DNA from: Octopus bimaculoides
Lineage: Eukaryota
Direction of reading: 5' to 3'
DNA: 41,740 nucleotides
NCBI RefSeq assembly: GCF_001194135.2
Contig: NC_069005.1
Span: 2,855,485 to 2,897,224 of the forward strand
The notes beneath the pieces were generated by a model that worked only from the letters and a program-made list of their open reading frames with translations, searched no databases and was not told where the DNA came from. Shown here piece by piece: positions 37,831-41,740 of this stretch. The number at the start of each line of letters is the position of its first letter. Position 1 is the first letter of the stretch. The translations under genes were made by a program, and so were the position numbers.

Positions 37831-37993
37831 ATCATCTACACCCTCGTCGCTCTCCATCTTCTCACCGACATCACTGACCTCTTCTCTTCCATCAACGGAC
37901 AGAGAGTAAGAATCAAAAAATGACCCGAAACTTTTTTTCAGCGCCATTTCTTTATCTGCGGCTAATTTCAACATCCATACTCAGATTTAAAAA

Positions 37994-38044
37994 CCAGAAA
38001 TTTTCTCCACCCGATATGAAATATCGGGTGGAGAAATTTTCTGG
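37994..38044. repeat. Inverted repeat: 24-bp stem with one mismatch and a 3-nt loop
   Basis: CCAGAAATTTTCTCCACCCGATAT-GAA-ATATCGGGTGGAGAAATTTTCTGG. Confidence 0.95.
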
Positions 38045-38508
38045 CCTGTAGACCTGTGTAACAAGGGTGTAAGTACCAAAACTGCAGCTCATTACCGAAC
38101 GGTAAAATGCTACATTTTGCTATTAAAAAGTTCCTATGCATTGAGAAAACAAATTAGGCAAAAATCATCTGGTCTATTGCACAATATGTGTTAGAGTAAA
38201 TATATAAATTACTGTCGTTGATTGTATTTAGTTGGACGGAAAGTATTGACGAAGCCTGCAGCAACATTTCGGAAAATGTCTTCAATTAGGATTGTGGTGT
38301 GTTCAAGTTTAAATCTGACTTTACCACCAACCATAGTGAGAAAAGGATGGATTAATAGGTGTTCCAGTATCAAGAGCAATAATAATATCGATACAATATC
38401 ATTGAAGATACGATAGAGTATCTTCCAGGTGGCAAACCACGATCTACTATTTTGCATCTGCAGAGGCAAATTGGAGTTTATCTATGTCAATACGCATCCT
38501 TCTGCCAA

Positions 38509-38559
38509 CTCATCCATCCATCCATCCATCCATCCATCCATCCATCCATCCATCCATAC

Positions 38560-38636
<77 letters not shown>

Positions 38637-38665
38637 TATGTGTGTGTGTGTTTGTGTGTTTGTAT
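38509..38665. repeat. Compound (CATC)n/(CATA)n/(TA)n/(TG)n microsatellite
   Basis: Directly visible. Confidence 0.95.
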
Positions 38666-39041
38666 ATGTGTGTATGTATAATTCTCGGAATTCATATTTG
38701 AAAAGTATTTGATCATAAGACACCACGATCAGAGCCGAGAACAACAAATACTACAAAACAGCAACAACAACAACAACGACGACGACAGCAGCAACAACAA
38801 CAACAACAACATGAGCGACCTGACGTCGGTATATTTTGAATTCCTTCATGGTTTAGCAATTACAGCAATGATCTTATCGGTGGAGAAAATGTTTGTTTTG
38901 CAATGACAAGTAACAGACATATTTATCTCCCATTATTTATCGACGCCTGCGCTATTGTTCATTTCTAACTAGACAGCTTTTGTTTTTACTTCGACATTGA
39001 CTGTTTGCACAAATTTCTTTTACTCCGACAATTTCTTAGAA

Positions 39042-39102
<61 letters not shown>

Positions 39103-39162
39103 GTCTGTCTGACTATGTTTGTTCATTTTTATTATGATTAGTAGCCATAGTATAAGTATTAA

Positions 39163-39219
<57 letters not shown>

Positions 39220-39224
39220 TATTA
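39163..39224. repeat. (TAT)n microsatellite
   Basis: Directly visible. Confidence 0.95.
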
Positions 39225-41200
39225 TATTTTTGTTACTTTTATAGATTTATATCGATTTATTTTAGCTGTTCTTATCGATCAAGAAATGTGTTTAATCCTC
39301 GTGTGAAGTTCTAACAAGTATCCAGAACTTACCAACATATTAGAAATGATTTGTTGGTCTGTGAGATGACATTAAGCAAGAATATTTATAAATAAATTTC
39401 TTAAAGAATTAAGAAAGTCTTAAATTCGAAAAGTCATAAAGCAAAAATCTTTAATGTATATAAAATTCTTCTAAATGAAATATGAGTTGAGAGACGTATT
39501 ATAATCTAGAGGTATTTGGAACAAATCGAAAAAGATGGAAGCAAATCAAAATAATATTTAATGATCATAAGTAAAGTAATATTCCGTATGTGATTTATGT
39601 GGAACTAGTTGAATAGCGGCCGTTGTGAACTAACATAACTCCTGCGTTATAAAGAGGATATGTGTGTGTGTGTGCATTTGTGTGTGTGAGTGTGCATATG
39701 TGTGTGTGAGGAGAGAGAGAGAGCATATATTTCTTGATATATATGTATAAATCTCTCTCTCTCTCTTTCTGTATATATATATANNNNNNNNNNNNNNNNN
39801 NNNNNNNNNNNNNNNNNNNNNNNNNNNNNNNNNNNNNNNNNNNNNNNNNNNNNNNNNNNNNNNNNNNNNNNNNNNNNNNNNNNNNNNNNNNNNNNNNNNN
39901 NNNNNNNNNNNNNNNNNNNNNNNNNNNNNNNNNNNNNNNNNNNNNNNNNNNNNNNNNNNNNNNNNNNNNNNNNNNNNNNNNNNNNNNNNNNNNNNNNNNN
40001 NNNNNNNNNNNNNNNNNNNNNNNNNNNNNNNNNTATATATATATAACGTTTTTATTACGTTTGGTGTGGCTTCGAGAGTACGGAGGAACAGGTTTTCCGT
40101 GCGAATTATAGACCAATGGTTTGTCAGCCTCACGCAGTCAGTAAATCCGGTTGCAGTTACGCCTAAGTCCTGCTTCCTGATAGATAGATAGATGGATCTT
40201 CTTCTAGCACATTAGCTGTTCACTTAGTGGTCTCTTTTATATATACATATACAATAATCCTTTTGAGATCTCAGAAAATTTTTTTCTGAATCCTCTGATT
40301 CATTTACAGTAGATATCAATGATCTTAAGTGTCAGTAAAATTCGATTTTCTTGGGGGCATATAGTAAGATAAATACGATGTGGCTCTTTGAAAGACATTT
40401 AAATACTTTCCGTTGTATGACGTTGGCATGGCTTCTTTACATTTGTGTGATTTCGAAACTGAAATCACCTCATGCTCTAAGTTAGAAACTATATCCTTTT
40501 TATCTCTATACTACGTAAAAGTTTGGCGTCAATTCTTAACGTTGACTGGGAAAAAGAAAGAATAGAATGTAAGCAAAAGTTAAGTTTTACTAATTTAACC
40601 ACAACGCAGAGAAATGTTACCTAATATTTACAACCATGAAGGTAGATCTCCTGTGTCACAAATCAGAGTAACATAAAACAGTGATGTTTTAGATACACAT
40701 GCGTGTTTAAATACTGAAACATAATTTACGAGATATTTTATAAATATAAAATAAGGGATATTGGCAATTTTAGATGCTGTAAAGGTACGAAGATTAGGAA
40801 GGAGGAAAACCTGCAAGATGATCAGTCAGTAATCAGACACCTTTCATCTTTATATATGCGTATACATACATATATACATAGAAATTATAAGGCCGCACTT
40901 CCGTCAGGTGTGACCATGACATTTCACCCAGCAAGGAAGCATGTACCAGACCAGCGGTCACCCACGTATTCCAGTATCTTCTCCAGAGCACCTATGTTAC
41001 CTAGGAGGAAGACAGTGGCCATTACAGGTATGCACCAGTGACGTCGCAACACATTTGTAGACATTGTAAAATAAAGGGTTTTGCTCGTAACACAACACAC
41101 GTCTGGGTTTGCGAATCGAAGTAACAAACCAACGATTGTAAATCCGACTCTCTAAACAAAACACCGAGCTATGCATTTTCAAATACATACAGACATACAT

Positions 41201-41252
<52 letters not shown>

Positions 41253-41688
41253 NNNNNNNNNNNNNNNNNNNNNNNNNNNNNNNNNNNNNNNNNNNNNNNN
41301 NNNNNNNNNNNNTATATATATATATATATATATATATGCATGTATGTGTGTTTGTGTGTGTGTATGCATAGGTATTTATACACGTATATCTATAGATAAG
41401 GCATGCGTGTGCCAATATGCGTATTTTGATTGCGTGACTGTAAGTATGTATTTGGAATGTAGATGTTGATGGTTGGGAGTGCGTGTGCTAAAGTCCTTAT
41501 GCAAAACAACATTTACAGAGATTTTTATATTCAATAACATACTTGTAAGTTTTATTGATAATATATTATTTTATGGTATCTGTCCTACACATACACATAT
41601 GCACATAACCAGGCAGGTTTGTATATACGTTCAAAACATAGAATATATACACATACATATAATCGATGTATATGATTGTATATACACA

Positions 41689-41740
<52 letters not shown>

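Noticed and set aside
38230-38330. 'DCGVF', similar to the Ulp1/C48 protease catalytic motif
   Set aside because: Five-residue match flanked by stops, with no preceding Gln or His/Asp motifs.

Overview
Eukaryotic, AT-rich, repeat-dense sequence with no protein-coding gene that I can recognise. The SINE sequences and the extreme density of (TA)n/(CA)n/(GA)n/(AAT)n/(CAT)n microsatellites point to a coleoid cephalopod, most likely Octopus. That assignment is from memory of octopus SINEs, not from a search. About 4.9 kb (~12%) is N, in 15 gaps, 14 of which abut (TA)n runs. Nearly all long ORFs in the supplied track are translations of microsatellites or gaps. What is well supported: about 17 copies or fragments of three tRNA-derived SINE groups (my labels A, B, C), including two head-to-tail SINE arrays; a TA-flanked Tc1/mariner(pogo/Tigger)-type MITE; a TTAA-flanked piggyBac-type MITE; a 117-bp direct-repeat pair; a GC-rich 16-bp minisatellite; a 24-bp-stem hairpin; and a homotypic GAGATAA (GATA-site) cluster. 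A few splice-site-bounded exon candidates exist, but none has recognisable homology and chance can explain them. The window is most likely a large intron or intergenic DNA. I found no evidence of a novel protein-coding system.
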